Positions 12,466 through 25,801 of a DNA stretch of 64,000 nt are shown here, piece after piece. The stretch is taken from assembly GCF_018977255.1 (NCBI RefSeq), contig NW_024704743.1, positions 61,878,001 to 61,942,000 on the forward strand. The letters are read 5' to 3'. The notes beneath the pieces are model-generated. The model was not told where the DNA came from. It did not search any database and worked only from the letters and a program-made list of their open reading frames with translations. This DNA comes from Callorhinchus milii (lineage: Eukaryota). The position numbers and the translations under genes were made by a program. The stretch's first letter is position 1. Each line of letters starts with the position of its first letter.

Positions 12466-13350
12466 CTACTTCATCTCCATAAACGACATCTCCTCCAGCC
12501 CCCGATTTGTCTCGTGCAGCGTTCCTCAGGGCTCTGTCCTTGTTCCCCTCCTTTTCAATATCTATATGCTCCCTCTTGGTGACATCCACAGACACGGGGT
12601 CAATTTTCACATATACACGAATGACACCCAACTCTACCTCTCTGCCTCCTCCCTTGACTCCAGGACACTGCTGTCCTGACTGAATGTCTGTCAGACTTCA
12701 ATTACTGGATGAGAGCTAACTCTCTACAGTTGAACGTCAACAAGACCGAGGCCCTCCTGATTGGCTCCCGTCAGCGCCTCCACACCTCAAGTGCTAACAG
12801 CATCACCATCCGAGGATGCACACTCCACCTTACTAAGCCAGTCCAGAACCTTGGCGTCTTGTTAGACCCTCAACTGTCCTTTCTATCTCACATCCATGCC
12901 ATGTCCCACTCTGCCTTCCCCCACCTCCACACAGATGCGCCACTGTCTCACAACGCAGGCCGCCAAAACCATCATACACGCATTCATATCATCCAGGCTC
13001 GACTATGCAAACTCCGGCTTGTCGGCCTCCCCACCTCCTCCCTCCATAGGCTGCAGATCATCCAGAACTCTGCAGCTCGTGTCCTCTCCCGCACCACATT
13101 TCATGACCCTATCAGTCCCATCCTCGCCCAACTCCACTGGTTTCCCATCACACAAAGCATACAGTTCAAGATCCTGGTCCTCACCTTCAAAGCCCTCTAC
13201 AGCCTTGCTCCCCCCCTACCTCTGCAACCTCCTAACCCCCTACCAACCTGCCCGCTACCTCTGCATAGCAGGCTTCGACCTGCTTCATGTCCCCTGTCCT
13301 GCCCGCCCCACCTTCTGCCACTTTGCCCCCACCCTCTGGAACTCCATTAA
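12466..13350 (+). mobile_element. L2 LINE reverse-transcriptase fragment, frameshifted
   Basis: [20 protein letters not shown], a degenerate YADD motif (IYTNDTQLY), WMRANSLQLNVNKTE and LHWFPITQSIQFKIL. Confidence 0.9.
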
Positions 13351-14259
13351 TCAGTAAATCTAGTTAGGACATAATCATATTTTAGGGCCAGTTACCAGGC
13401 CATGAGTAATGACTATCACCAGTCCTATATTATGATTCCAGGAATGCCATGATGATAATGAGCAGGTGGTTGTTATGTTGGTATGTTGTGAATGAGAGAA
13501 TGGTTGCTATTGTTGTTAAAATTGGCAGAAGCCACTCAAGGTCCAGTATTTGCCTCCTAGTATGTAACTCTTCTAAAAATAGTTCTTAAACCTGACAGTT
13601 ACTCTACTTTTGTCATTTTTTAAAAAATTCCCCCCTCTCCCTCAAACTGAAGATGTGACACGTGTGGTTCCACAAGTTTTGCCAATTCCTTCCAGTACTT
13701 CACCCATATTGAGAGATGAGATGAGATGTTCCCTGATCTTCAACTGTCCTCAACATTAAGTCTTTACTTGTGCATTTAAGTGATAATGACTATAACAACT
13801 TCATTTGAAATCATCACAGAAAATTTAACCTAGCATCTTGTAGAAGTACTGCACCAGGGGCTGTACTTAATCATTACCTAAATGTAAATCATTGCTAAAA
13901 TTAATTACTGCACCTGTGCCTTTAAATGGGTTTGCGAGAAGTCTCATTGTTCGCAATGCCACACATAACAATAGTTATATTTTTATTTGGTAAGGTGGAC
14001 TGAAACCCAATTTTCTGTCCTACTGAAATTTTCTGTTCCAGCTGTTATTTTAATAAAACAGCATGTTTACCAAAATAGTTTTAGCTTTCTCTAACTTTAA
14101 ACTGTAATATTCCAGAAGGAAATAAAGGTCCAACAAGCTTGCATGCTTTAAAAAAAGTATCTATAATTAATGTCACAACTGCACTGTGGATAGGGGGAAG
14201 AGGAAAAATTGTGTCATGCTTGCACATATGTCCGGGAATATATTAACTTGGCTTCACAC

Positions 14260-14720
14260 TCAGGCTGTATAGAGCTCTGGTGAGACTGCACCTGGAGTAC
14301 TGCATACATTTTGGTCACCACAGCATAAGGGTATCCCAGGCCCTAGAGTGCAGAGAGAAGCAATGATGATTCCCCAGAGCTAGAGGAATGAGCTTTGAGC
14401 AATGATTAGAGCTGAGGCTCTTCAGTCTTGAGAGAAGACGACTCAGAAGGGACTTCATAGAAGTGTAAAACAACTTTAAGCGGGATTGAAAAAGTAAACC
14501 CAGATCAATACTTTAAGACAAGAGGGCATAGGTTTAAAGTTGTAAAGGGCAATTTCAAGACAGATACCAGGACATGTTTCCTTACTCAGAGGGCAATTAA
14601 CAACTTGAACAGGTTGACAGAGCGATTAAGGCCAGCACACTGGACTGATTTAAAAAGCAGCCTAATGCTATGATGGGTTGAGATCAGATGGCCGAACACA
14701 TTCTTCATCCAAACCAATCT
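14260..14720 (+). mobile_element. Decayed CR1 LINE 3' fragment
   Basis: ctgtatagagctctggtgagactgcacctggagtactgc reads LYRALVRLHLEYC; LFSLERRRLRRDFIEV follows. Confidence 0.8.
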
Positions 14721-16532
14721 TGTGTGAAAAAATGGTGCCAATAAATCAGGACAAAATAGAGTGTGCAAGCTCAGGCTCCAAGCTGTCTTTTTTTACTCTT
14801 GCTTATTGCCACTTGCTTAGATTTTATTTTGGTTAGCTGGATGTCTGACAAGTGGAAACCCATAACATGCTTAACATATCTAAACCAGACAGAGTTCCAG
14901 ATATGCCACCTAAACATGGGAATTGCCATGTGTCTTGAGGGAATGCACTCTGCTTACCTAATTCCAGAGTGGCAACTAAGGCTTGTGGACCCTAGAGTGT
15001 GTGTTGTGATGCTGCCAAACTTTAACCAAATAAAACCACAAAGCTTGCATTGGAAGTGGCTTTCTGTTGCTTGTCCATCTATGACCCATATCTGTTAATG
15101 TTTTAACAGGAGTCAATTGGGAATTCATTTATTGTTTTTCGATTCCCATCTGGCTCAGAAAACTATTGCGACCACTACAAAAGATTGACCTGATTCCAAC
15201 ATTTAATTGCTAAGCATCATAATCCAGATATTATGTTAAAATGAGAAGAAAGTTAAAAACAGGACACCGGGTTGAATTTCCAAAGTGGAGATTTACTCAA
15301 TTTGTGGCTTCTGTTGGTTTGTTTATAATTATCAATTGTATTGACCAATGGAGTCAATATTCTTGTAACATCATTTAAAATTGGCCAAATATCTTCAAAT
15401 CATGAAGCACTATGCATACACATGACTAAATGTTCCAACTGCTGTGTTCATCCTTCCTCAAAGTTTACATAGTGCTCGGAGATGATGAACCTGTTCAGGA
15501 ATGTTTTGCCAGTATTTTGAGCCACACATATACTTATTTAAAACTTTATCAAAATGTTATCAGTTGATTGAAAACATCAGAACTGCCTCTGTATGTAAGC
15601 ATAACTGTGGCAATTGATGTGTGACACACTTCGATTTCAATGCATCATGGCCTTTGTGGATTATTGGCTTCAATCTAAAAGCAAGAAGTTAATGCAAAAT
15701 TGATTCACCACAAGAGGACAGCTTTGTTGATCCTCCTACAAGTAGAGCAATAAATAAAGCTGTCTGTCATTGAGTGATTTGGTCTTATGATTCTGTGCAC
15801 TGAATGTGATACAAGGCATGTCAACAACTTTCCCCAGAGGGACAATCTGTAGGTTGCATTCATACCTTCCTGTAACACAGTATCAAACTTCTTTTTAAAT
15901 TAATCTGTTCTCCTGAGCTCAACCATCCTTTTGATCTCATTAGTTCAACTATTAATTACCCTCTGTGTAAAGAAATACTTTCTGGTATCCTCCTTAAAAT
16001 TGCTCTTCATAATTCTGAACCTGTACCTTGTCCTCATGGCCATCTTGGAATATATTCAAGTACTGTTCTATTTTCAAGGCCTGATCCCCAAAAAGGTTTT
16101 CTCGACAGTACTTCCTCAAAAGTGCTTTATGTGCCTTTGATGTGAATTTTAAAAAAATGCGAACTCCTTCTTTCAACAAGACAGAACGGATTTGTATAAC
16201 TTAAAGCTCCAAGGCTACCAATGTTCTCTGAAAACAAATGCTGAAAAGTGTTAACCCAGTGTTGGGACTTCTTCATTCTTATATGAAATAGCATCTGTAA
16301 TCTGAACCGATTTATCTGCATTCTTTCAGTTTTCATTCATTAATGGCTGCAAAACTTAATTGGCAATGTGAACTAAAGAAAATTAAAAATAAAATGTTAA
16401 AGTTAGACAGTTACACCAAGGTTAAAAATATATAAAATATAAAATGTAAAAGTTGAAAACAGAGGACAGAAAGAACAGAAAAAAGATGAGAACCAAGTGA
16501 CAAGCACAGTTAGAAGTTTTTAATGTTTCATC

Positions 16533-16538
16533 TTTATT
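16533..16538 (-). terminator. Candidate polyadenylation signal for GALNT4 (3' UTR about 1.3 kb)
   Basis: AATAAA on the minus strand followed by a T/GT-rich tract (about 16460-16510). Confidence 0.5.
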
Positions 16539-17832
16539 TAAAATTGCCCAGGCTACAGCGTGCGTTCGTAACAGTCTCTTTTTTACAGTCTGTCATATCT
16601 CAGTAAAGATCGTCTGATGATATTGATTCACAGAGAAGGGCCTAACTATTTTTACATCTGTGATGGCTAATTAGTATTCTAATCATAAAAGGCATAATTT
16701 TGTATCAAGTAAAGCGGAAACATTAACAATTTTGTATAAGATTGCTGATAAAGCCAGTTCATGTCCTAAATGATACTGTAGGCTGTACCCATTTTCAGCA
16801 AATCTCTTTGTATTATTACTATAGAATCTTAAAACAGTAGTTTATTGCATTTATTTTTCATTTAGTTCCTTTACCACAGGCATTTCAAAATGTTTTCAGA
16901 AAACAATTTAACCTTTTTAAAACCATCTTGTATATCAAAACCACATTTAATTGAGTAAAAAATTGACAAATCTAAATTTCACAAGTAAACAGTAAACTGT
17001 AGTTTCATTTGGTAGATTGAAGCCTGCAATCTTTTCCTTTTTGAAAAAACCCCAGAAAAGGCAGGTCACAAAGATTGCACAAATTACAAGGCAGATTGAA
17101 ATTGGTTAGTTTCACTATCTGAAACAGTGAATTTAAAGAAAAATAAGTCTTCCCTCTTCTCCTGAAGTTGTAGACTTTCCATGTGATATACAATACTTCA
17201 CTCAAATGGGCATTCTTCAGGTGGGAGCCTAGAGCATGAATGCCAATACAGCATTGGATTGTGAAGGACTCATAACTGAGCCTGATCGTATCTTAATCTA
17301 ATGTTCACCCACACAACTTTCCAGCAGTGGACATTGCCTAGTAGTGAGAGGTAGAAATCCTGATACTCTCCTGCCTCGACAGGGGCTCTTACAGCAATTC
17401 CAGCACTGACCTCTGAGATTGGCTTATGTGTTCAGACCAGGAATCAAATCTGTGACCTCTGTCCTCTACAGCTACCAGGTAATGTGTTTACCCACAAGGC
17501 AATCAGGGACATCCAACAGCAGGGATTTCATTTTTGGAGGAAGGTGAACATCTGTATGCAGTCATCAGAAATTACACACAAGAATGACTAGCATTCAAAA
17601 ACAGGACACAAAATCTTCAATCACCACAAATCTAACCTTCCCATCTCCCACATTCCTTCCTCCCACCAATCCTTTGCCCCCTTCCAAAACCCTGTTTAGG
17701 CACAATGGTGACACTTAATTTGCCTTTAGTTTCTATGCATAAATGTTACTTGTCCACTTTACACTAACCATGTTTCACAGAACACAAGTTATACATTTTG
17801 TATATTTACTCTAAAAAAATGAGTAGTCCCTT

Positions 17833-17961
17833 TTATTCAAAATGCCAGATCTGATTTCTATCCGGTGAAATGCAAGGTCTCATCTCCACATCAGTCTTTC
17901 CTTCAGGAGTCCGATAGGAAGTAATGCACTTGTTGGATTTGGGGTGGAAGATTGTTCCATC
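17833..17961 (-). CDS. GALNT4: GALNT4 last coding exon 10 (lectin gamma repeat) with stop codon
   Basis: cag|GAT GGA ...; DGTIFHPKSNKCITSYRTPEGKTDVEMRPCISPDRNQIWHFE then TAA; 129 nt (read by hand). Confidence 0.92.
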   Translation of the reverse strand, partial: DGTIFHPKSNKCITSYRTPEGKTDVEMRPCISPDRNQIWHFE

Positions 17962-18176
17962 CTGTGAACAAAGTTTAAAAAATTCCCAGTATTTAATTTA
18001 AGGCAACAAATTCCCACATCCTCATGAGTGAAAATGTGGTTTTGGTTTCACTTTTAACTGCCTCATCCACTTGATTTAGTATTTTCCCATTGGCAGGAAT
18101 TCATTCCTTATGTACCTTATCAATTCTGTATTTTAAACATCTCAATTAGAACCCAGTTATAAAGCACATCACAATA

Positions 18177-18516
18177 TAATAATACAGTATCTGGTATAGC
18201 GCCTTATCGTGTCGGAAGGTCATCTCATAGAATTCACAGGATTTATTGTGAAACAGAGTGACTGTATTTGTAGGCAGCACAATTGCATAGAGCAATGTCC
18301 CACAAACGGGCATGAAGCGAATGTCCAATTTTATTTGGGGGATTATTAGTCAGGACACTGGGAGAAACTCCCTTCTCTTTTCGAATAGTGCCATTGGATC
18401 TTTAACATCCACCTGAACAGACAGACAATGCCTCGGTTTAACATCCCGAGTGGGACTTGAACCCACAACCTTCTGACTGACTCATAGGCGAGACTGCTAC
18501 CACTGAGCCAGCCTGA
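18177..18516 (-). mobile_element. Older tRNA-headed Deu-domain SINE in GALNT4 intron 9
   Basis: Head ggctcagtggtagc...gggttcaagtccc; core ctgttcaggtggatgttaaagatcc and gtttgtgggacattgct. Confidence 0.8.
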
Positions 18517-18946
18517 CAAGTTAGTGAGTTCGCATTTAACGTGGGTATCGTTGACCTGTGGTTATCCAGTGTAGTCTAGCCAGCAGTCTAATAAAACACG
18601 GCTAACTGCATTTTTGCCCTTCATATTAACAAAGTTGATTGTCTGAGCTGATGGAGCCTGACCATTACGTTGTAACTTGTGGAATTCAGGTTGAACAATC
18701 TCTCATCATATCTAAGTACCTTCTTCATCCTAAGTGCCACCCTGGCGAAGTATTGTATGAAATCCTCTAAGGATAATATATTCCTCCAAAAGGTGGAGTG
18801 GACAAAACTGAACACAGTTCTCCAAAAGAAGTTTGATCAATGCAGTATAGAACTGCAGTCACACCTTCTTGCTTTCATATTATACACCTTGTTGCAGATC
18901 AGAATCTTTAATCTATTTTCTTTGGAGTTGAATGTTTGGTACTTAC

Positions 18947-19099
18947 AGGTTTAAATTCCCATATAAGAGAGTCTGGGACAGGGGTGCTATCTGAGGAACA
19001 GAACTTCATTCCAATCGAATTCTGTCTTTCAGTCACTTCTGCACATAGCTCCGTCACAGAATTAAACCGGATTTCCTTTTTGGACGTGTATTCAAAATA
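18947..19099 (-). CDS. GALNT4: GALNT4 coding exon 9 (lectin beta repeat)
   Basis: cag|TAT ... CCT|gtaagt; YFEYTSKKEIRFNSVTELCAEVTERQNSIGMKFCSSDSTPVPDSLIWEFKP; 153 nt. FNSVTELCAEV is GALNT4-type. Confidence 0.92.
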
Positions 19100-20333
19100 C
19101 TGTTTTTTACAAAAAAAGTAAATATAGTTGTACATTTTAATACATGTTTACAAAAAAAGTTTAACCTGAAATCAATCCATTCATTTTTTTTAAAAAATAA
19201 GGTGATTCATATGCATGTATATGAAGAAACACATATTTTATACAAACACACAAGCCCACATCAATCCACAACCCAAGCAGAACCTATGTCACGTCACCAT
19301 CCACTTCATCCCATCCATCTCATGAGACAAAGCTCTGAATAGACTCTCTGGTCTCCAAAGTCAAAAACATATTCTTTCAATATTACTAGTCAAATCTGGC
19401 ATCCAAGACTGCATCATCTCCCCCCATCTGCCACCCAGCAACACAGAAATCACTGGTAGCGCTAAATATTTGTTGGAATTTCCAACGATTTCTGTTTAAT
19501 CTTAATACATTTCAAACAGATCCTTGTCCAGTTTGGTTCTGAAGGAGTTAAACCCATTTCATTATGAATCCTTCAATTCTGCACAACTCTGGAAAGGGAA
19601 AATCTTGTAATCTCTTGTCCCGCTTGAGGCTTTTAATTTTAAATTCTAGTTCTGCTCTACTAAAAAAATGTGGGCAAGATAAAGGTACTAAAAATTCTTA
19701 AATGTAGGTTTTCAAAGCCACATAATCCAAGACTTAAATTGCAAATACAGGATACACATGAACAAAAGCATTTTTCTGCAAAATCCCTTGTAATGTGGAT
19801 GAATATTGGCAATTGACTGTATTTTATGAGTCTCCAATCACAAAGCCCACGGCTGGAACAGAATGAATTGTGGCTTGAGCGGCAGCCGATCAGATGGTAG
19901 TGTAATAATGTATTTTATTTGACTTACACACACTCAAGCTCGCTCAAGGTGATTGATTCACCAGTGTGATCTGGTGTTTTAGTTCCCTGGTTGTGGTTCT
20001 ATTGTTACTCCACGAGAACTTTTCTTCTCCTGATTCTGTTTTTGAAATCCATTTCTGTTAAAGATGCTTTCTATAAATTTACCATTTGGCCCCCTCCCCT
20101 CATTTTAACGTCTAATTGGAAGGACAGCACCTCCGACAATGCAACATAACCCCAGCACTGCATTGGAGTGTCACCTTAAAATATGTGATTCCAGGTCTCA
20201 ATATACTTCATATTCTGTGAAGCACTTTGAGACATCTAGAAGACGTGAAAAGCGTTATATCAAATGCAAGGATTATTTATTTACTAAGTTTATATATGTA
20301 TTTGCGTTTTAGGCGAAGAGGAAATGTTCTTAC

Positions 20334-20444
20334 CTGATTGCCTCCTTGCCCATGACATCCAAATAAAGACAGATGTGCTCCTACAGGACTATGCTCAGGT
20401 GCATTGTAATCTAAGCATTCCGAAGAAATTCCTGTGCTACGGAT
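20334..20444 (-). CDS. GALNT4: GALNT4 coding exon 8 (ricin-type lectin alpha repeat, CLD motif)
   Basis: tag|ATC CGT ... CAG|gtaag; IRSTGISSECLDYNAPEHSPVGAHLSLFGCHGQGGNQ; 111 nt (read by hand). Confidence 0.92.
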
Positions 20445-21289
20445 CTATAAAATGTCCCAGTGTTATAAAACATGTATTAGAAGAAATGTACACTGAGTGT
20501 GCTCACTACCAGCATTAGGTTCTGTCATATATCCGAAAGGCTAGTGGATGGTCAACATTAGTAGCATAGAAATACTTACGAGTGATCAAATTTGACAACC
20601 TTGATACAATAGAAATAATTGCAAGAGCTGGGGTAGTAGTCATAATGTGGCATTATACCTCTAATAAATTCTACATTATATTTACAAAGCATATAATAAA
20701 GCCCGTAGATGTATTGATGATGTGGCACTAAATTATAGGTACACCTAATAAATTGCACTTACAAAGCAAACAAAAAGCATACAGGGCTATATTTACCACA
20801 CCACTTTATTTGTACACTTTACTGAATGACAAACATTAAAGGCCAACTCAATTCCTTCAGAACCCAGACCCAGGCTTCACAGCAGTCAAATATATACCCA
20901 AGCTTGAACAGGATATATAACCTCCAATCAGTTTTCCATCGTGAGGACAAACCAATAGCATCCATTACTGCTAACATTTCCCACATTTTAGTGCCTCTTA
21001 GCCAAGTGATTTGATTAATTCTCCTGCATATAAACTCAATTGGTGTATTGCACAGGCTCAGAAAGAACAACAATTAATAAACTGTGTGTATACAGAGGTT
21101 CATTTCACTTGCAAAGCAAACAAAAGGCATACAGGGGCATATATTACCACACCAATTTTTACACTTTCCTGATATAGCTTGTCCACATACAATATATTTG
21201 TTTTCTTAAATAAATCCTTCACTACTGCAATCTCCAATGCACTATTAAGAACCAAAAAGCACACAGATTTAAATAACACCTTTCACGTC

Positions 21290-22165
21290 TGCATCCCTTA
21301 ATGATGAGCAGTCAAGGGTTTGCACCTGAGCTACGGTTTGGATTCAAGAGGGGTGGCGACCAAGGGGATTGGGGTGAGAAGATGCCAGAAGGCATGGCCA
21401 AAGAGGAAGGTCTTGAGACAAACCTAGGAGCTGAGGGTTGGTGCAAGGCGAAGGAACTGCAGAATGGAGTTCCAGAAAGTGTGGGTAGAAAAGCTGAAGG
21501 GCCAACCGCCGATGGTGGGGCAGGCAGGGGCGGGAGACATGAAGCAGACCAGTGGATAAGGGTCTCAGCAGCCCAAGGGGAGTGGTGGAGGCGGGCAATG
21601 TTGTGGAGGTGGGAGGAAAACTCAGTGGGTCATGGCATGGATGTGGGGCTTAAAGGACAGTTGAGGGTCAAACAAATCATGGAGGTTCCGCTCTGCCTTG
21701 GTGAGGTAGAGTACATCCACGTAGATTGATTCTGTCAACGTCAGAGGTGAGAAGGCGCTGACAGGAACCAAGTAGGAAGGGCTCTTCTTGTCATAATTGA
21801 ACTGGGGAAAGCTTGCTTTCATTTAGGATTTGATGTCCAACAGGTAATCAGTCACAAAATCAGTCGTCCTGGAATCAAAGGTGGAGGCAAGGAGATAAAA
21901 GTTGGGTGTCATCCACATACATGTGGAAGTTAGCGTCATGCATGTGGATAACATTGCCAAGTGGCAGCACGTAGGTATTAAAGTGGAGAGAACTGAGAAT
22001 AGAGCCCGATGAAGTTAGGTTGTTGTGGGAAGAGGACCAGGAGTTCGGAAGACTTGAGGGCTGTGGAGAGCGAGTGAGGGGAGGACACAGATTTTTTTCC
22101 ATGTGCGGAAGGAGATGGTTGGGTGGCTAGGAATGTATGGAAGAGTTAAGAGAGATGAAGTATCT
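21290..22165 (-). mobile_element. Decayed L2 LINE fragment in GALNT4 intron 7
   Basis: FNTYVLPLGNVIHMHDANFHMYVDDTQL (RT core) and LFDPQLSFKPHIHAMT. Confidence 0.85.
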
Positions 22166-22435
22166 TTGCTGTAGGGTTCAGAAAAACAACTCTACACGAC
22201 ATGACTGATTTTTTTGTATTAAAGTAGAGGGTAATCCTGCAGATAATATAAAATTATGCTTAAGTGGTCCTCAAACTTGAGAGCTGCCCTCTGATTCTTT
22301 TATTCCCCACTTTTGTTTATTTTGAAAAACATTTACAGGGCTCCATTCTAGAAGGGAGGAGCGTTATTATTGAATACATAATTGAGATATTTAAATTAAA
22401 CCTGGCATCAAAAAATAAAAGATACATCTGCTTAC

Positions 22436-22567
22436 CGCTCCATGCCAGTTGAGCCGATCATCTGGAATGTGCAACTCTGGGTATACATTATCCAAATACC
22501 ATTTGAAATTGTTGCACTTTAAACGTTCTCGGAGCAATTTTCTCTCAGAAATATCACCATAGTTTTC
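22436..22567 (-). CDS. GALNT4: GALNT4 coding exon 7
   Basis: aag|GAA AAC ... GCG|gtaag; [44 protein letters not shown]; 132 nt (read by hand). Confidence 0.92.
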
Positions 22568-23272
22568 CTTAAAGAAAAGAACATTTCAAAATTCCACTTT
22601 CCATTTCCCAAAGTTCTTCCAAGATAAACTGGCTCATATATTATCACCAAACTATGTTTTAGTACCACTATAAAAAGTAGTCATCGTTTGCTTATACTGA
22701 TCTGAAATAGTGCCTTTATACAATATTGTACAAAGGAAGCATACACATACTTCAGTTATAACTTTGTCCAGACTTTACCATCTCAATCGTTTCAGAAAGA
22801 AAGAACACTACTTAGCTGTGTTTTAGTCTTTTAAACACATAATTTCCTTAAAGATCTACTATATTACAGAAAAGCTCCACTTAACCCTTAAAATGAAATC
22901 ATGTAATACCCTGGTTAATCCGGAACGTGACTCAATTTATTGTTTCAGAAGTTTTTTTTTAAAAAAAACTATTAATATTACTATCATGAATCCCTAAATA
23001 AACTAACGGACGTTAAACACAGAAGCTTGGCACAGTCAGTAGCACCCTCAACTGTGGGTCAGAAGGTTTGAGTTCACAGTCTGACAGATACTGAAAGGAA
23101 TAAAAGTTCCTCCCTGTATCCTGGACTTCCAGAATAATTGTGCATCTCATGGCTCATGGAATTTTCCTGCTGCAAAATAGCTGCCACACTTGTGTGGCAG
23201 CGTTTGTGACAGGCAAAATAGCTGCCTGTCACTACACTTGATAAATATCAATCTTTCTTTATCCTTCAATAC

Positions 23273-23449
23273 CTTTACAGCTTGAGGGTTTCGATAGTAA
23301 AAGTGCACTTTGTATTCATCCATCCACACCTCAGCTGCTCGTACAGTATTTTGGACGAAATTTGGGCGAGCGTACGGAGCACGTTTTGGAAATACATGGC
23401 CCACATGTGAGCAGGGGTGAATCTCCAGCGTGCCACCACACTGCCATAC
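23273..23449 (-). CDS. GALNT4: GALNT4 coding exon 6
   Basis: cag|GTA TGG ... AAG|gtattg; [59 protein letters not shown]; 177 nt. YARPNF is GALNT4-type. Confidence 0.92.
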
Positions 23450-23577
23450 CTGTTGAAATATTTGTCAAAAAATGTGAACATGTGAATTTCAAGTGACATA
23501 GTATCGACCTCCTTCTCCACAAACACACCCACACACCACACACAGCTGCAAAGCACAACCAAACAGCAGACACTTAC

Positions 23578-23695
23578 CCTAAAAGACAGTTCCAGATTCT
23601 CGCCTCCCCACACCTCCATGCCAGTGTCATAGGTGCCCAGATATTCAAAATATTTCCTACTAACAGCAAACAATCCTCCTGCCATGGTGGGTGAT
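23578..23695 (-). CDS. GALNT4: GALNT4 coding exon 5 (Gal/GalNAc-T motif WGGEN)
   Basis: cag|A TCA ... AGG|gtaagt; [39 protein letters not shown]; 118 nt. Confidence 0.92.
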
Positions 23696-23845
23696 CTGAG
23701 AGATATGGTACTTATTTGAATTAGCGTTAAAAAAAAGATCAAAAGAAATTGCTGCTTTCACTTAAACATTTTAAATAAAGGCTCATATCAAACAGAATTA
23801 ATTTCATGCAGCTCTGTGTAGATGATACCAATCACAATTTACTAC

Positions 23846-24031
23846 CTGATTGGGTCTATTCTCGACTTCCTTCTCTGCCTTTCGTGTTCAGGCACACTGT
23901 GCCACTGGAAGGTGAGACGCCAGTCAAATCCCCCTATCATCGGTTCTCCAGTCTGCATGTAGTACTCAAACGTGTTCCAATCGATAGTGTCAATGACTGG
24001 GCAAACAATGGCAGTCTCATTCTCCCCAATT
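23846..24031 (-). CDS. GALNT4: GALNT4 coding exon 4
   Basis: tag|A ATT ... ATC AG|gtagt; [61 protein letters not shown](R); 186 nt. Confidence 0.92.
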
Positions 24032-25801
24032 CTAAAAATAACATGAGTAAGAAAGGCATGAATATAACAACTTGCATTTATACAGTGCCCTTCATACAGT
24101 ATAACATCTTGGAGCACTGATCTAATAAAATCAGGTCAAGTTAAATATCTTCTGTTAGTCATTTTTTAAAGTGTTTCAGCCTTTTCAATTCAACTACAAC
24201 AACTTGCATTTATATAGCACCCCTCACACAGAGTAGCAGCCCAGAGGGCTAAATCATCAGTGAATTCATATTGATTTCTTAAGGTTTGACCTGTAGCTCT
24301 AATCAAATTAATTTTCTTAAAATAGCACCAAAGTAATTTAGAACAAAAAGGGTACACAGATGCACTCTCGGTATACTCGAGAAGAATGTCAGTGTCATAA
24401 AAGTTTGACATTGCATCATTTTGCATGTTCACTTTTATATCTGGCTTTGCAAATTCATCAATAAAGACATAAAAAGGCATATTTAACATTTTTATGTTAA
24501 TGTAAGCAATTATAGGACTGGCTACATCATTATTTTGGATACTAGCTAGTCGCTAGGATCGGTGTTCAAATGTAGCCCAGAATGAGGAGGTAAAATCCTT
24601 CTGTGGTTTGCTGGCTATGTGAAATGTGTTTCAGCATTCTCAGTCCAATTCCTGAGGAGCAAGTACTCAACAGAAATTTGCCCTTGAAAAAAAACCAATT
24701 GAAACTGGTTTGCATGTTCAAAAATATTGATATCTATATTATAAAGGGGGCTATTTACTGATCAGATTTGTGTGTTTTCACCAGCATTCAGAAAGTATTC
24801 TTCCCAGCCTTGCCTGGTTACCCAAGAGCAGTGCACTCATGCAATGCAATTTATGTTGACCTTGAATTGCCTTCCTGTTTCTTCTGATTGAAGGGAATCA
24901 TTTCCAGCCAGAATAAATAGAACAGGGCCTACAAGTCCATAATAAGCATGAGCCAAATGTGTTCACTGCAGGTATTGTATTAGCTGCAGTCAACAAAAAA
25001 AAGCAAGACTTCCTCATGGAACATGAAGTACACTGAGGTTAGTGCATTGGGCATAATCTTTCTTTAGGGTTGTCTCTTTAAGTGTCAGCAGTCACATTCC
25101 TGAAATAATAATAATCCTTGTATTTGATATCGCACCTTATCACGTCTTCGAGATGTCTCAAAGCGCTTCACAGAATATACTGTAAAGTGAACTGACTACA
25201 TATTTTGTGGGCATATATTTTTAGATGTTACATTTCTAGGCTTATGCAGTCCCACCATTTTGGGTCTCATCAGCTAATCTGGTGACATCAGCTAAGGCGT
25301 TGGGGCGAAGCCACACATGAGTAAACTTGTCTGTGATGTCTAAGAGTTTAAAAAAAATAAAAATCATTTTCATCTAATGGGACGGAGGGAATGAAGGATA
25401 AACCACAGACCTAAATCACAAGAGTAGAGAGCACGGGCAAGAGAATAGGGCTGACCCCCTTTCAGGATTAGGGAGGATAAGATCATGAATGGATTTGGAT
25501 CTTGCTGCTGATCAGCTGGAGAACTGGAAATTAGTGGAACCATGCTAAGGATGGGTTAATAGGATTATAGAGCCTGGTGAGGATGGGGGTAATGGGGCTA
25601 TGAAACCTGGTGAGAACAGAAGAATAGGTGTACAGAGCTTGGTGAGAAATGGGGGCAATATGCAGCTTGTGAGGATCGTTGTAATTAATGTATTGAACTT
25701 CACAAGGATGGAAGTAATGGGGTAATGAGTGTCAGGAACCACGTGAGGCCGGGAGGATGGAGGGTATAATGAGTCTTGTGCAGGACAGAACATAATCTTA
25801 C

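Noticed and set aside
8300..12482. Three ~1300-aa Cys/Val-rich ORFs
   Set aside because: Open in all three frames only because the CCCTGTCACT(GT)n satellite lacks stop codons.
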